A DNA stretch of 64,000 nucleotides from Clostridia bacterium (GCA_021199295.1 JAJQII010000002.1:7756-71755), one strand, 5' to 3'. Shown: positions 20,506 to 30,035, counted from the stretch's first letter. Made by a program: numbers and translations. Notes: generated by a model from the letters alone, not told the origin.

Positions 20506-20720
20506 CACGCAAATCTTTACGGTTTGCTGCCCGTAAACATTTGCCGTGATTTTCAGGAAACAACCAATCTTCGTTTCACTTCGATTGTTATTTTCCCTCT
20601 TTTTTGTATTTTTTAAGGGCGTACGTATTATATAATACAAAAAATTCACCCTTTTACCTTAATACTTCGGGGTTTTGGGCATAACGCAGTGACGCCCAAA
20701 ACTCATTATTTGTTTTAGAA
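20506..20720 (-). repeat. Element X copy 2 plus a 60-nt extension shared with copy 3
   Basis: H1 is 20506-20548; the core runs to 20660. The extension TTAATACTTCGGGGTTTTGGGCATAACGCAGTGACGCCCAAAACTCATTATT matches the reverse complement of 31021-31076. Confidence 0.9.
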
Positions 20721-20785
20721 TTAACCGCAAATGTGCGTATTCTTTTGCCTTCACCCTTTGAGGGGACGCCTTACAAGTGGCACAA

Positions 20786-21102
20786 TGGTAGCTGAAAGAT
20801 ATCCAGCTTAGATTGCCACGCCGCCAAAAGCGGCTCGCAATGACACACACCCTTGCCTCCCTTGTAAGGACGAGCCAATATTATTCCAAACAGTGTGGTA
20901 CACTGTTTGGATTGGCGAGATGAGCAAACGCATAAGTAAGGCGTTTGCGGCGACCGAGACGGCGGGTAAATACCTAACCGCCGTTGAGACGGAATTAAAG
21001 GAGGGGTTTTCAGATAATATAGAATGTAATGGAAACAGCCTTCTTGCGTCATATTATCTGAAACATAATATAATGCGGTGCGCAAAGTGTCGCTTACGTA
21101 CA
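20786..21102. repeat. Repeat cluster between the two COG0523 genes: S unit (20786-20845), perfect hairpins, M2 fragment, Q module (about 21044-21102)
   Basis: TGGTAGCTGAAAG-N-GCTTAGATTGCCACG-hairpin-CTCGCAATGACA; CCAAACAGTGT-GGT-ACACTGTTTGG at 20887-20911. Confidence 0.85.
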
Positions 21103-21113
21103 CAATGACATTA

Positions 21114-22196
21114 TTACACACCGAAAAGTTCGGAAAGTTCCTCTTTGTCTATCTTGCTGCCTATTACGCACAGCCTGCCCGTGTAGGCGGCACAGCCGTC
21201 ACGCACTTCGGGCTCGCCAGGGACGTAGTCAAAGTGAAGCCAGCCGCCCTCTTTACCCTTTACTATCCCCTTTGCACGGAGCACAGTACCGTACTGCACT
21301 GAATTGGTAAGGGCAGACAGCGCCGCAGTAAGTTCTTCTTTGGTAAAGCTCTTTGCCGTCTCAACACCCCAGCTTTCAAATATTTCGTCGGCATGGTGGT
21401 GATGGTGTTCATGTTCGTGTTCGTGGTCGTGGTCATGGTCATGATGATGGCATCCGCATTCCTCGTCATGGTCGTGATGGTGTTCATGCTCGTGCTCATG
21501 TTCATGTTCGTGTTCATGTTCATGCTCTTCGTCATCATCGTGGTGATGGTGGTGATGCTCGTGGCAGTGTTCCTTAAGTTCAGCAAGCATATCCGAAAGG
21601 GTGTCGCTGTGTTCCATGGCGGCAAGTATCTCTTTGCCGTCAAGCTCCTGCCAGGGGGTTGTAACAAGGGTAGCCTTGGCATTGTGCTCGCGCACGAGCT
21701 GGGCAGCCTTGGCAAGTTTTTCTTCCCCCGCCACGTCGGCATGGCTGAAGATTATGCAGTTTGCAGTTTCTATCTGGTCGTTGAAGAACTCACCGAAGTT
21801 CTTCATATACATTTTGCACTTTGCCGCATCCACTACCGCAGTATACGTGTTAATAGTGCAGTCGGGCAATTCGGCACTGTATACCGCCCTGATAACGTCG
21901 GAAAGTTTGCCCACGCCGGACGGCTCGATAAGAATCCTGTCGGGCTTGTACTCGTTGTAAACTTTGTTGAGGGCTTTGGCGAAATCACCCACAAGCGAGC
22001 AGCATATGCAGCCCGAGTTGAGCTCGTTTATCTTTATGCCCGCTTCGGCAAGAAAGCCTCCGTCTATGCCGATATCGCCGAACTCGTTTTCTATTAACAC
22101 GAGTTTTTCGCCCGCGTAAGCCTCTTTAATCAGCTTTTTGATAAGCGTGGTCTTGCCAGCGCCTAAAAATCCCGAAAAAATATCGATTTTTGTCAT
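21114..22196 (-). CDS. COG0523 (CobW/ZigA/YeiR-type) metallochaperone GTPase with a long His-rich insert
   Basis: 360 aa with FSGFLGAGKTTLIKKL, ENEFGDIGID, CICCS and a ~75-aa HEHEHEHEH/HDHDH tract. Confidence 0.9.
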   Translation of the reverse strand: MTKIDIFSGFLGAGKTTLIKKLIKEAYAGEKLVLIENEFGDIGIDGGFLAEAGIKINELNSGCICCSLVGDFAKALNKVYNEYKPDRILIEPSGVGKLSDVIRAVYSAELPDCTINTYTAVVDAAKCKMYMKNFGEFFNDQIETANCIIFSHADVAGEEKLAKAAQLVREHNAKATLVTTPWQELDGKEILAAMEHSDTLSDMLAELKEHCHEHHHHHHDDDEEHEHEHEHEHEHEHEHHHDHDEECGCHHHDHDHDHEHEHEHHHHHADEIFESWGVETAKSFTKEELTAALSALTNSVQYGTVLRAKGIVKGKEGGWLHFDYVPGEPEVRDGCAAYTGRLCVIGSKIDKEELSELFGV

Positions 22197-22232
22197 ACAA
22201 AAAAAATACCTTCTTTTACTTCATTCTACCTT

Positions 22233-22261
22233 ATTATATAACCTGATTTTTAAAAATGCAA
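22233..22261 (-). promoter_or_regulatory. sigma-A-type promoter of the His-rich COG0523 gene
   Basis: Minus strand TTGCAT, a 17-nt spacer, then TATAAT, about 35 nt upstream of the ATG. Confidence 0.75.
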
Positions 22262-22340
22262 ACATTCCGCTTTAAAGTTTGTAATATATAGGGTAAATCT
22301 TACAGGCGGTTTTTGTTTGGGAAAGGTCTATGCGGTCGAA

Positions 22341-22700
22341 TGGTAGCTGAAAGTTTACGTGCTTAGATTGCCGCGCTGCGCTCGCAATGACAAGTAACTT
22401 AGAGGCTTTGTAAAAGCCGTGGCAATCTAAACCCAACGTTTATCAGCTACCATAACCACCTTTTTAATAAGTGTAGAATTGTTAGAATAAACGTATCATT
22501 TTTAAACAACTAATCTGCCGTCCTGCCTGCTGGTCGCGCGTCCGCGCGGGATTGCCACGGGGTAGACCCCCTCGCAATGACATATTATTGTGTACCGTTA
22601 GCCTTATAATCTGAAAACCCCTCCTTTAATTCCTCCCCTCTCAGGGGAGGCAAGGGGACATGTCATTGCGAGGCTTTGTAAAAGCCGTGGCAATCTAAGT
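22341..22700. repeat. Repeat cluster: S units (22341-22392 forward, 22402-22453 and 22661-22700 reverse), L module (22455-22582), M2 inverted
   Basis: Direct comparison with clusters at 26 kb, 28 kb, 30.7 kb, 61.6 kb and 63.1 kb. Confidence 0.9.
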
Positions 22701-22790
22701 CCAATGTTTTCCATTTATCCCCCACCGCTTTTGGAGCTTGTTAATTACGGCATATTACGGGGGTAATTACAAAATACTCTTAAAGTTGAA

Positions 22791-22820
22791 GGGCGGACCG
22801 CACGCAGTCCGCCCTTTTTA
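22791..22820. terminator. GC-rich hairpin with the T-tract on the plus strand, just past the 3-prime end of the DUF2188 gene
   Basis: GGGCGGAC-CGCACGCA-GTCCGCCC followed by TTTTT on the plus strand. The minus-strand side is only moderately U-rich. Confidence 0.6.
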
Positions 22821-22846
22821 ATCTTTGGTTTTTTGCACGGGTAAAA

Positions 22847-23551
22847 TTATTTGCCCGACTTTTTCTTGTAGTTCAAACGGCGGAATGTGCCGTCCTCTTT
22901 ATGTATCATTATGCCCGCTTCCTGCCTTTGGGCAAGCACTTTGGCATATTCTATTGCCTCTGCCTGGGTATTGAAAAGTTTTATAGCCTTAGCTCCGTTA
23001 TTAAACTTGACCTGCCACTTGCCGTCTGCCTTGCGCTTGGTTATGTGGTAAACTTTGGCGCTCTTTTTCTTTTCTTCGGGCGATTCGTCCTTTTCAGCAG
23101 AGTCCTCTTTAACTTCCTCTGCAGGTTCAGGCTCTTTTGCAGGCTTCACCTCTTTCACGGGTTCAGCTTTCTTTTCAGCCTTGGGTTTTTCTTCCTTTTT
23201 AACGGGCTCTTTCACTTCTTCCTCTTTTACAGGCTCGGGCTCTTTTTCAGGCTCAGCCTCTATTACGGGTTCGGGTTCTTTTTCGGGTTCAGGCTCTTTT
23301 ACCGAAGTATCCTCTTTTACAGCCTCAGGCTCTTTTTCGGTTACAGGCTCAGGCTCTGCTTTAGCTTGTTCTTCAGGCTCTTTTGCCGCAGGCTGTGCTT
23401 TTGCAGCCTTTTTAGCCCTATTGATTTTAGCGCATACTACGGCTATAACTATTATAAGTATAACCACTACCACGGCAAGGACTATCCATGCCCATACGGG
23501 TATGCCGTTCCATTCGCCTGTCAAGAAACTTGAAATCGAAAGCAGATTCAT
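22847..23551 (-). CDS. membrane-anchored protein with an E/K/P-rich repeat linker and a C-terminal DUF2188-like domain
   Basis: 234 aa. N-terminal TM, KEPEPV-type repeats, C-terminus KVYHITKRKADGKWQVKFNNGAKAIKLFNTQAEAIEYAKVLAQRQEAGIMIHKEDG. Confidence 0.75.
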   Translation of the reverse strand: MNLLSISSFLTGEWNGIPVWAWIVLAVVVVILIIVIAVVCAKINRAKKAAKAQPAAKEPEEQAKAEPEPVTEKEPEAVKEDTSVKEPEPEKEPEPVIEAEPEKEPEPVKEEEVKEPVKKEEKPKAEKKAEPVKEVKPAKEPEPAEEVKEDSAEKDESPEEKKKSAKVYHITKRKADGKWQVKFNNGAKAIKLFNTQAEAIEYAKVLAQRQEAGIMIHKEDGTFRRLNYKKKSGK

Positions 23552-23669
23552 AAACTCACCTAACTATTGTTTTATACTTTAATTATACTTAAACGAGCGA
23601 AATTGTCAAGCATAATGTAAAAAATCGGTCTTTTATTGTACCTTTCGCCATGTAACCGCATACGCTGAA

Positions 23670-25712
23670 TTACTTCAGGAGCGCCTGCAATACGGTGTCG
23701 GGGGCTTGCTCGTAACGTTCGAAACTTTCCACGAATTTGCCCCTGCCCTGCGTAAGCGAGCGGAGCGCCGTGGCGTAAGTAAGAAGTTCTGATTTGGGAG
23801 CTTCCGCCGTGATAACCTGCATATCATCCTGCGCGTCCATGCCTATTATCCTGCCGCGGCGTTTATTCAAGTCGCCCAGCACGTCGCCGAGGTACTGTTC
23901 GGGCACGCCTATACGCAGTTTTGAATAGGGCTCTAACAATACGGGTTTGGCATTCTTTATGCCCTCTTTAAACGCAATTTCAGCCGCCGCTTTGAATGCC
24001 GCTTCCGAGCTGTCCACGTCGTGGTAGCTGCCGTCGGTAAGCACCGCCCTTACCCTTATCACGGGATATCCCGCGAGTACGCCGTGGGGCAGGCACTCAA
24101 TAAGCCCCTTCTCTACAGCGGGTATATACTGCTTGGGCACAGAGCCGCCCACAACTTCTTCGGCAAACTCAAAATTACTTTCACACGGCTCGAAGCGTAC
24201 TTTGCAGTGACCGTACTGCCCGTGGCCGCCCGACTGCTTTTTATACTTGCCCTCGGCAAGCGACGTGCCAAGAATAGTCTCTTTATAGTTTATCGCGGGC
24301 GTTCTTAAGTCGGCGTCCGCGCCGAATTTGGATTTAAGTTTCTTGTTTATAATGTCAAGGTGTACTTCGCCCTGGCCGCCTATAAGCGTTTCGCCCGTGT
24401 CCTGCTCTTTTGTTACGGTAAAGGACTTATCCTCTTCCATAAGGCGGGAAAGACCGGAGAATACCTTGTCTTCTGTGCCCTTGACTTTGGCATATACCGC
24501 CATATAAAGCACAGGACGGGGGAAAAGTATGGGGTCGAATTTTATGGGCGTGCTGTCGGCGCAGAGGGTGTCGCCCGTATTGGTGTTGGCAAGTTTGGAT
24601 ACCGCGCCTATGTCACCCGCCTCCAGTTCAGAAATAGCTTCCTGCTTTTTACCCTTTACCGAGTAAATGGCGTTGATGCGTTCTGCCTGCCCCGTGGTGG
24701 CGTTGAGCACTGTCATACCCGATTTTAAAACGCCCCTGCATACCCTTATGTAGTTCATTTTGCCCACGAACGGGTCTACCGCCGTTTTGAATACCTGGGC
24801 GGCGAAGGGCTGTGCGGCATCGCACTCCACGCTTATAACCTCGTCTTTTAAGATATCGGTGGCGAGAAGGTCGCGGCGTTCTGCCGCTTCGGGCATATAC
24901 TTGACAATCTCATTCATAAGGTTGATAACGCCCCTGTTCTGCAGGGCGCTGCCAGCCATTACGGGTATAACGTTTATATTGAGAATACCCTTCCTTATGC
25001 CGTGTATAATTTCGTCGCGGTCGAGTTCGCCCGTTTCAAAGTATTTTTCTAAAAGCACGTCGTCGTTCTCGGCAGCTGTCTCGGTGAGCGAAAGAACCAT
25101 TTCGTTTACTTCGTCTTGCTTGTCTTCGGGAATGGGTATATCTTCAGGACCTGAACCCGTAAAGCGGAACGCCTTGCCAGTGAGGGCGTTTATAACGCCC
25201 GTCATCTTACTGCCTTCTATTATAGGAATTTGGATAGGGGCTATCTTGCCGTGATATTTTTCCTGCAAAGCGGCGACAGTTGCGTTATAGTCGGCGTTAT
25301 CCTTATCCATGCCGTTTATAAAAATTACCATGGGCTTGCTGTTTTTAAGGCATGCCGTAATTGCCTTTTCAGCGCCGACGGTAACCGAACCGTTAGCGCC
25401 CATAACTACCAGCGCCCCGCCGCAGGCTCGCATCGCCTGGTTAAACTCGCCCTCGAAGTCGTAGAACCCGGGAACGTCTATAATATTTATCTTGGTTTCT
25501 TTCCATATAGTATTGGCAACGGAGAGGGAAACGGACATTTTACGCGCTATTTCCTGTTCGTCGAAGTCGCTTACGGTAGTCCCGTTTTCCACCTTGCCCA
25601 TGCGGTCTATAGCTCCGCCGTTGAATAAAATTGCCTCGCACAGCGTGGTTTTACCCTCGCCGCTGTGACCTATAATTGCGATATTGCGGATGTTTTTTGC
25701 TTTGATACTCAT
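23670..25712 (-). CDS. elongation factor G family GTPase (paralog, located outside a str operon)
   Basis: 680 aa, AIIGHSGEGKTTLCEAILF..., with DVPGFYDF and EF-G domains II-V by length. Confidence 0.9.
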   Translation of the reverse strand: MSIKAKNIRNIAIIGHSGEGKTTLCEAILFNGGAIDRMGKVENGTTVSDFDEQEIARKMSVSLSVANTIWKETKINIIDVPGFYDFEGEFNQAMRACGGALVVMGANGSVTVGAEKAITACLKNSKPMVIFINGMDKDNADYNATVAALQEKYHGKIAPIQIPIIEGSKMTGVINALTGKAFRFTGSGPEDIPIPEDKQDEVNEMVLSLTETAAENDDVLLEKYFETGELDRDEIIHGIRKGILNINVIPVMAGSALQNRGVINLMNEIVKYMPEAAERRDLLATDILKDEVISVECDAAQPFAAQVFKTAVDPFVGKMNYIRVCRGVLKSGMTVLNATTGQAERINAIYSVKGKKQEAISELEAGDIGAVSKLANTNTGDTLCADSTPIKFDPILFPRPVLYMAVYAKVKGTEDKVFSGLSRLMEEDKSFTVTKEQDTGETLIGGQGEVHLDIINKKLKSKFGADADLRTPAINYKETILGTSLAEGKYKKQSGGHGQYGHCKVRFEPCESNFEFAEEVVGGSVPKQYIPAVEKGLIECLPHGVLAGYPVIRVRAVLTDGSYHDVDSSEAAFKAAAEIAFKEGIKNAKPVLLEPYSKLRIGVPEQYLGDVLGDLNKRRGRIIGMDAQDDMQVITAEAPKSELLTYATALRSLTQGRGKFVESFERYEQAPDTVLQALLK

Positions 25713-25862
25713 AAATTTAAACCCTTATCATAATATTTGAACAGCGTAATATGCCGCACATACTATAATTATACAGTATTTTGGCAAAAAATCAATACCC
25801 AAATGAAAAATTTATGCTTGATTGCACAAATAATACACAGATTAATGAAATGGGTGCAACCA

Positions 25863-26270
25863 TGTCATTTCGAGCGGAACGTAGTGTAGTCGAGAAATCT
25901 CCTGCCTTCAGCGTTCTGCTGCCGTGCAACTTTAGTTGCGATGCCTTATCACCGCTTATAAGCGGCACATAACTACTTGTCATTGCGTGCGAGGGCGTAG
26001 CCCGACACTCTGCGTACCTTATTGTAAAATGTTTCAGATTATAAGGCGCAGATGCTTTGTAAAAGCCGTGGCAATCTAAGCCCATCGCCTTTCAGCTACC
26101 ATACCACCTTATTAATAGGTGTAGAATTATTAGGAAGTAACGTATTATTCTTAAATAACTAATCTACCGTCGTGCCTGCTGTTCGCGCGTCCGCGCGGGA
26201 TTGCCACGGGGTAGACCCCCTCGCAATGACATACGCGTTTCTGCCGCTTATTAGTATGCGCAATGACAAG
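25863..26270. repeat. Repeat cluster: GTCAT-hairpin (25864-25900), N module, S unit carrying a nested Q module (25988-26053), L module (26101-26231)
   Basis: Module-by-module identity with the other clusters. Confidence 0.9.
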
Positions 26271-26287
26271 TAAGCTTTCCTTGCAAG

Positions 26288-26314
26288 AAAAAAGCCTTCC
26301 CGAAAAGGGAAGGC
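26288..26314 (-). terminator. rho-independent terminator after the SDR gene
   Basis: Minus strand GCCTTCCC-TTTTC-GGGAAGGC followed by TTTTTT. Confidence 0.85.
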
Positions 26315-26331
26315 AATATGTAACATCAAAT

Positions 26332-27087
26332 TTACCTGCCGAGCCAGCCGCCGTCTACAGCTATAGTAAAGCCGTTTACGTAGTCAGAAGCCGAGGATGC
26401 AAGGAACACCGCAGCACCCTCTAAGTCGGCGGGAGTGCCCCACCTGCCTGCAGGTATGCGGGCAAGAATATCGGCGGAACGGTCTTCGTCCTGGCGGAGC
26501 GCCTGCGTGTTATTGGTTGCCATATATCCCGGGGCTATGCCGTTAATATTTATGCCATACTTAGCCCACTCGTTGGAAAGCGTCATCGTAACGCCCTTTA
26601 TTGCCGACTTAGAAGCCGTATAAGAAGGCACTCTTATGCCGCCCTGGTAAGAGAGCATAGATGCGATATTTATTATCTTGCCGCCGCTCTGCTGTTTTAA
26701 GAACTGCTGTGCAACCGCTTGCGTCAAGAAGAACACCGTCTTTAAGTTTACGTTCATAACGCTGTCCCAGTTCTCTTCTGAAAACTCTATAGAATCCTGC
26801 CTCTTGATTATGCCTGCGTTATTTACCAGAATATCAATGCGGCCGTATTTTGCAAGGGTTTCGTTTATAACCTTGGGGATAACGTCGCAGGACGAAAGGT
26901 CTGCTATTACGTTGTAGAAATTTTCATCGCCGAGCATCTCTGCCGTTTCGGTGCTGGGGCGGCGGGAAACGCCCACTACTTTTGCGCCCGCTTCCACGTA
27001 CGCGCGGCAGATACCCTGGCCGAGCCCCGTGTTGCTGCCCGTAACAATAGCTACTTTGCCTGCAAGGCTGAATTGATCCAAAATCAT
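26332..27087 (-). CDS. short-chain dehydrogenase, 2-dehydro-3-deoxy-D-gluconate 5-dehydrogenase/KduD-like
   Basis: 251 aa, GKVAIVTGSNTGLGQG, YTASKSAIKG catalytic motif. Confidence 0.85.
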   Translation of the reverse strand: MILDQFSLAGKVAIVTGSNTGLGQGICRAYVEAGAKVVGVSRRPSTETAEMLGDENFYNVIADLSSCDVIPKVINETLAKYGRIDILVNNAGIIKRQDSIEFSEENWDSVMNVNLKTVFFLTQAVAQQFLKQQSGGKIINIASMLSYQGGIRVPSYTASKSAIKGVTMTLSNEWAKYGININGIAPGYMATNNTQALRQDEDRSADILARIPAGRWGTPADLEGAAVFLASSASDYVNGFTIAVDGGWLGR

Positions 27088-27199
27088 TTTATAATTGCCT
27101 CCTTAATCACACAATATTTAATCTACCATATATTACCACGTTTTGGCGGTAATTTCAAGGGGGAAAACAAAAAATATCGCCTTCCCCCTAAAATTTTTG

Positions 27200-28054
27200 T
27201 CACTTGTCAAAACTTAATTTGCCGCCTGCGGGGATTTTATAGACCTTGCCGCGTATCTCTAACCACACGTCGGCATGCGAAGGGTTGTATACGCTTTCGC
27301 CGTCGTAGGAAAACACAAGGCTTTCGTAACACTTTACGTAATCGTAAATTTCCCCGTTGGTTGCGTACCATATGTCCGCCCTGCCGCCTGCCCGACGGGC
27401 AAAATTTTCCATTAAATCCCAGTTATTATTGTCGTCGAACTCAAAGGAATGTCCCCATACGTAGAACAGCCAGGGCTCGCGAGCCTTTACCGAATCGGAA
27501 GGCTTGCCGCCTAAAAACTTATCCGCAAGGGCGGAAAAACAATCTTCGGTATGGTGGCAGGTGGGGTTTAACCTCAGCCAGTCTTTGGGAATTTCAAAGG
27601 TGTGGGTTGACTTTGTAGTACGGGCATATACCACGCCCAATGAACGCAGAACGTTTACAATGTCGTCGTTAAAGTCGCCGTAAGCGTACGCCATTCCGTT
27701 TACTATCCTATTGTACTTGCTCTCCATATACGCACGGTTATCCGAAACCTCTTTTGCCGCCATATGCAGGGGAACTCTTGTCATAAATATATGTCTTGCC
27801 CCGTGCAGAGCAACTTCCTGACCGCTTTGGGCGAATGTACGGAAAGATTCTTCCTCGCCCATATGCCCGTGCCACTCGCCCTCTATATCAAAAAGGTCGC
27901 TGTTGAGGTTAAAAGTACCCTTAAGGGCATATTTATTGAACAGTTCTACCAGTCTTTTGTCGGCCTTCACGCCGTCGTCGTAGCTGAACGTAAGCGCCTT
28001 TTCCTTTCCTTCAGGGAAGCGCATATACCTTTCTTTATACATCTGGATAAACAT
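27200..28054 (-). CDS. polysaccharide deacetylase (NodB-homology) family protein
   Basis: 284 aa, FSYDDGV...HGARH... motifs. Confidence 0.75.
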   Translation of the reverse strand: MFIQMYKERYMRFPEGKEKALTFSYDDGVKADKRLVELFNKYALKGTFNLNSDLFDIEGEWHGHMGEEESFRTFAQSGQEVALHGARHIFMTRVPLHMAAKEVSDNRAYMESKYNRIVNGMAYAYGDFNDDIVNVLRSLGVVYARTTKSTHTFEIPKDWLRLNPTCHHTEDCFSALADKFLGGKPSDSVKAREPWLFYVWGHSFEFDDNNNWDLMENFARRAGGRADIWYATNGEIYDYVKCYESLVFSYDGESVYNPSHADVWLEIRGKVYKIPAGGKLSFDK

Positions 28055-28143
28055 AGAAACACCTCGTTTCTCGTGAATTTATTTTTCGGGTTGCACTGTT
28101 TGTTTTATTTCATTTACCATTATTATAACGGCACATAACCTCC

Positions 28144-28529
28144 TGTCATTGCGAGGGGCTCTACCCCGTGGCAATCTCGCGTGCGAGCGATAGCGACACT
28201 CTGCACACCAATTATAAAAGACTTCAGATAATAAGGTGCAGATAACTCGCGAACAGCAGGCTGGACGACAGATTAGTTGTTTAAAAATAATACGTTTATT
28301 CTTATCAATCTTCGCCTTATAAAAAGGTGATATGATAACTGAAAGGCGTTTTTGCTTGGCTTTCCGCGAGCCGCAACATTCTGTTGCTCTCGCGAGATCC
28401 TCACGTCGTGCCTTACGGCACTCCTCAGGATGACGTAGTATACTGTCGTTTGCCAGCGGTGGTATGATAGCCGAAAAACAATAGGCTTAGATTACCACGT
28501 CGCAAATAAATTTACTCCTCGCAATGACA
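28144..28529. repeat. Repeat cluster: inverted L module with nested Q (28182-28245), P module (28326-28437), S unit (to 28529)
   Basis: Same module order as the reverse complements of 61563-61853 and 63095-63338, circularly permuted. Confidence 0.9.
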
Positions 28530-28574
28530 TAATCCCTTGCCGCACTGTAAAAACGCAGACGGACTATAAAACTT

Positions 28575-30035
28575 TTACCTTCTCAATTTTTTGCTGCGCT
28601 TATAGGGCGAATACTGCAATTTCTTGCCCTTGGATGTAAACTGCCTTGCAACGCCCTTTATACGGTCACGCACGTCTTCAGGCAAAAGCCCCGACGCTTT
28701 TTTCCACCTGCCCGTCAAAAGCCTTGCCATAAACAGTACCGAACGCACAACCCAGTCCGAGCACATTGCTATCCAGTAGCCGAACGCGCCGAGCTGCAAG
28801 CCCACAACCTCGCTTGTCAAAAGCCAGCACAACCCCACCCTTACAATAAGCATAGAGCCCACGGCACAGTACATTACGTACTTCACGTCTGACGATGCCT
28901 TAAGCACGGCGGGGGAAGTAAATGACAACGGGTATGTTATAAACTGGAATGTAAGGCAGAAATACAGGCACTTAAGCGCTATCTCGTTGGCAACCTCTGA
29001 ATAGTTATACACGGGCACAACCCAGTGGCATATGCCCATAATCAAGCCCACGGCGCACGCGTTTGCGATATAGCATATAAGGAACATCTTTCGTATATAA
29101 TACTTGGTCTGGTCCACGTCGCCCGTGCCGATCGCCTGCCCCACTACCGTAAGGCAAGAGGTGTTTACGCCGCCTCCCACGACAGAGGCTATATTGTTAA
29201 GCTGCTTGGCCATCGTGTTAGCGTTAGCCTCGTAGTTGATGCCATTGGGATATGCGGCATCGTAAGTCGTGTAGCAGCTTGCGTTTACAAACGAGCTTGT
29301 CATAAGTTTGCCTAACTGGAAAAGGCAGCTCTCTATACCGCTGGGTATGGCTATAATAAGAATGTGCTTTACCATCTTCCAGTCAAAGCGGAACTTTTCA
29401 AATATATTTATATGGACTAAAAATCTCTTTCTTGTGATAAGAAACAGCACGTAGCACGCGGGCACTACGCGGGATATGAGCGTTGCCACCGCCGCGCCTG
29501 CCACGCCCCATTTAAACACGTACATAAACAGCGTGTTAAGAACAAGGTTTACGACAAGGCTCAAGCCCGCACTGACCATTGTAACCATGCTCTTGCGCTG
29601 TGCCCTTAACAGGGCGGCGCACACGTTAAACAATCCTATAAACGGGAAGGATGCCGCCGTAATGTAAAAATATGTCTGCTGGTAGCCGAATACCTCGTCG
29701 GTAACTCCGCCGAAGAACAGCTTTAAAAGGGGATAGTTCAGGGCCAAACATAAAAGGCAGATAGTCACCGAGGCTATAAACACTATGACAACCACGTGCT
29801 TTGCGCTTTTATTTGCCTCCTCTATCTTTTTAGCCCCTAAATATTGGCTGGTTATAATAACGCCGCCCGTAGCGAACGCCGAAAAGAGCTGTATTATAAG
29901 ATTATTTATATCGTCTACGTTGCCCACGGCATTGCCGGCATTGGCGTCTATCCAGCTGGAAACCATCATAGAGTCGAACATACCCAGCGAAGTAGAGAAG
30001 ATAGATTCCACCACTATAGGCAAAATGAGCCACAA
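28575..30035 (-). CDS. MATE family efflux transporter (true start probably upstream, near 30104)
   Basis: 486 aa, 12-TM pattern. The track start is a TTG. The frame stays open to 30104 with GGAGGTG at about 30110 and only ATT codons there. Confidence 0.85.
   Translation of the reverse strand: MWLILPIVVESIFSTSLGMFDSMMVSSWIDANAGNAVGNVDDINNLIIQLFSAFATGGVIITSQYLGAKKIEEANKSAKHVVVIVFIASVTICLLCLALNYPLLKLFFGGVTDEVFGYQQTYFYITAASFPFIGLFNVCAALLRAQRKSMVTMVSAGLSLVVNLVLNTLFMYVFKWGVAGAAVATLISRVVPACYVLFLITRKRFLVHINIFEKFRFDWKMVKHILIIAIPSGIESCLFQLGKLMTSSFVNASCYTTYDAAYPNGINYEANANTMAKQLNNIASVVGGGVNTSCLTVVGQAIGTGDVDQTKYYIRKMFLICYIANACAVGLIMGICHWVVPVYNYSEVANEIALKCLYFCLTFQFITYPLSFTSPAVLKASSDVKYVMYCAVGSMLIVRVGLCWLLTSEVVGLQLGAFGYWIAMCSDWVVRSVLFMARLLTGRWKKASGLLPEDVRDRIKGVARQFTSKGKKLQYSPYKRSKKLRR

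Noticed and set aside
20659-20706. Conserved 15-codon micro-ORF MSFGRHCV(M/I)(P/L)KTPKY in the element X extension (also at 31031-31078)
   Set aside because: There is no Shine-Dalgarno in either copy. The differences between copies are non-synonymous. The segment is better explained by the GTTTTGGGC..GCCCAAAAC hairpin it contains.
21263-22097. Alternative-frame and antisense ORFs across the His-rich tract (21263-21742, 21353-21577, 21393-22097, 21601-21960)
   Set aside because: These are low-complexity artefacts of the (CAY GAR)n coding repeat of the COG0523 gene.
22197-22340. Zur box upstream of the His-rich COG0523 gene
   Set aside because: I looked for an AAATCGTAAT-N-ATTACGATTT-like palindrome and found none. 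Only the promoter TTGCAT-17-TATAAT is evident, so zinc regulation remains unsupported from the sequence.
22901-23582. Plus-strand ORFs 22901-23533 and 23055-23582, and similar ones at 38481-38792 and 60831-61319
   Set aside because: They are antisense shadows of the E/K/P-rich linker and of the poly-Ser linkers, with pure low-complexity translations.
28395-28437. Hammerhead ribozyme resemblance in the P module (GUC ... CUGAGGA - stem - GAC)
   Set aside because: CUGAGGA fits CUGANGA and a variable stem II-like hairpin follows. However, every copy has GAC instead of the essential GAAA after that stem (28395-28437, 34155-34192, 61750-61790, 63226-63270), and the remaining helices do not give a three-way junction.
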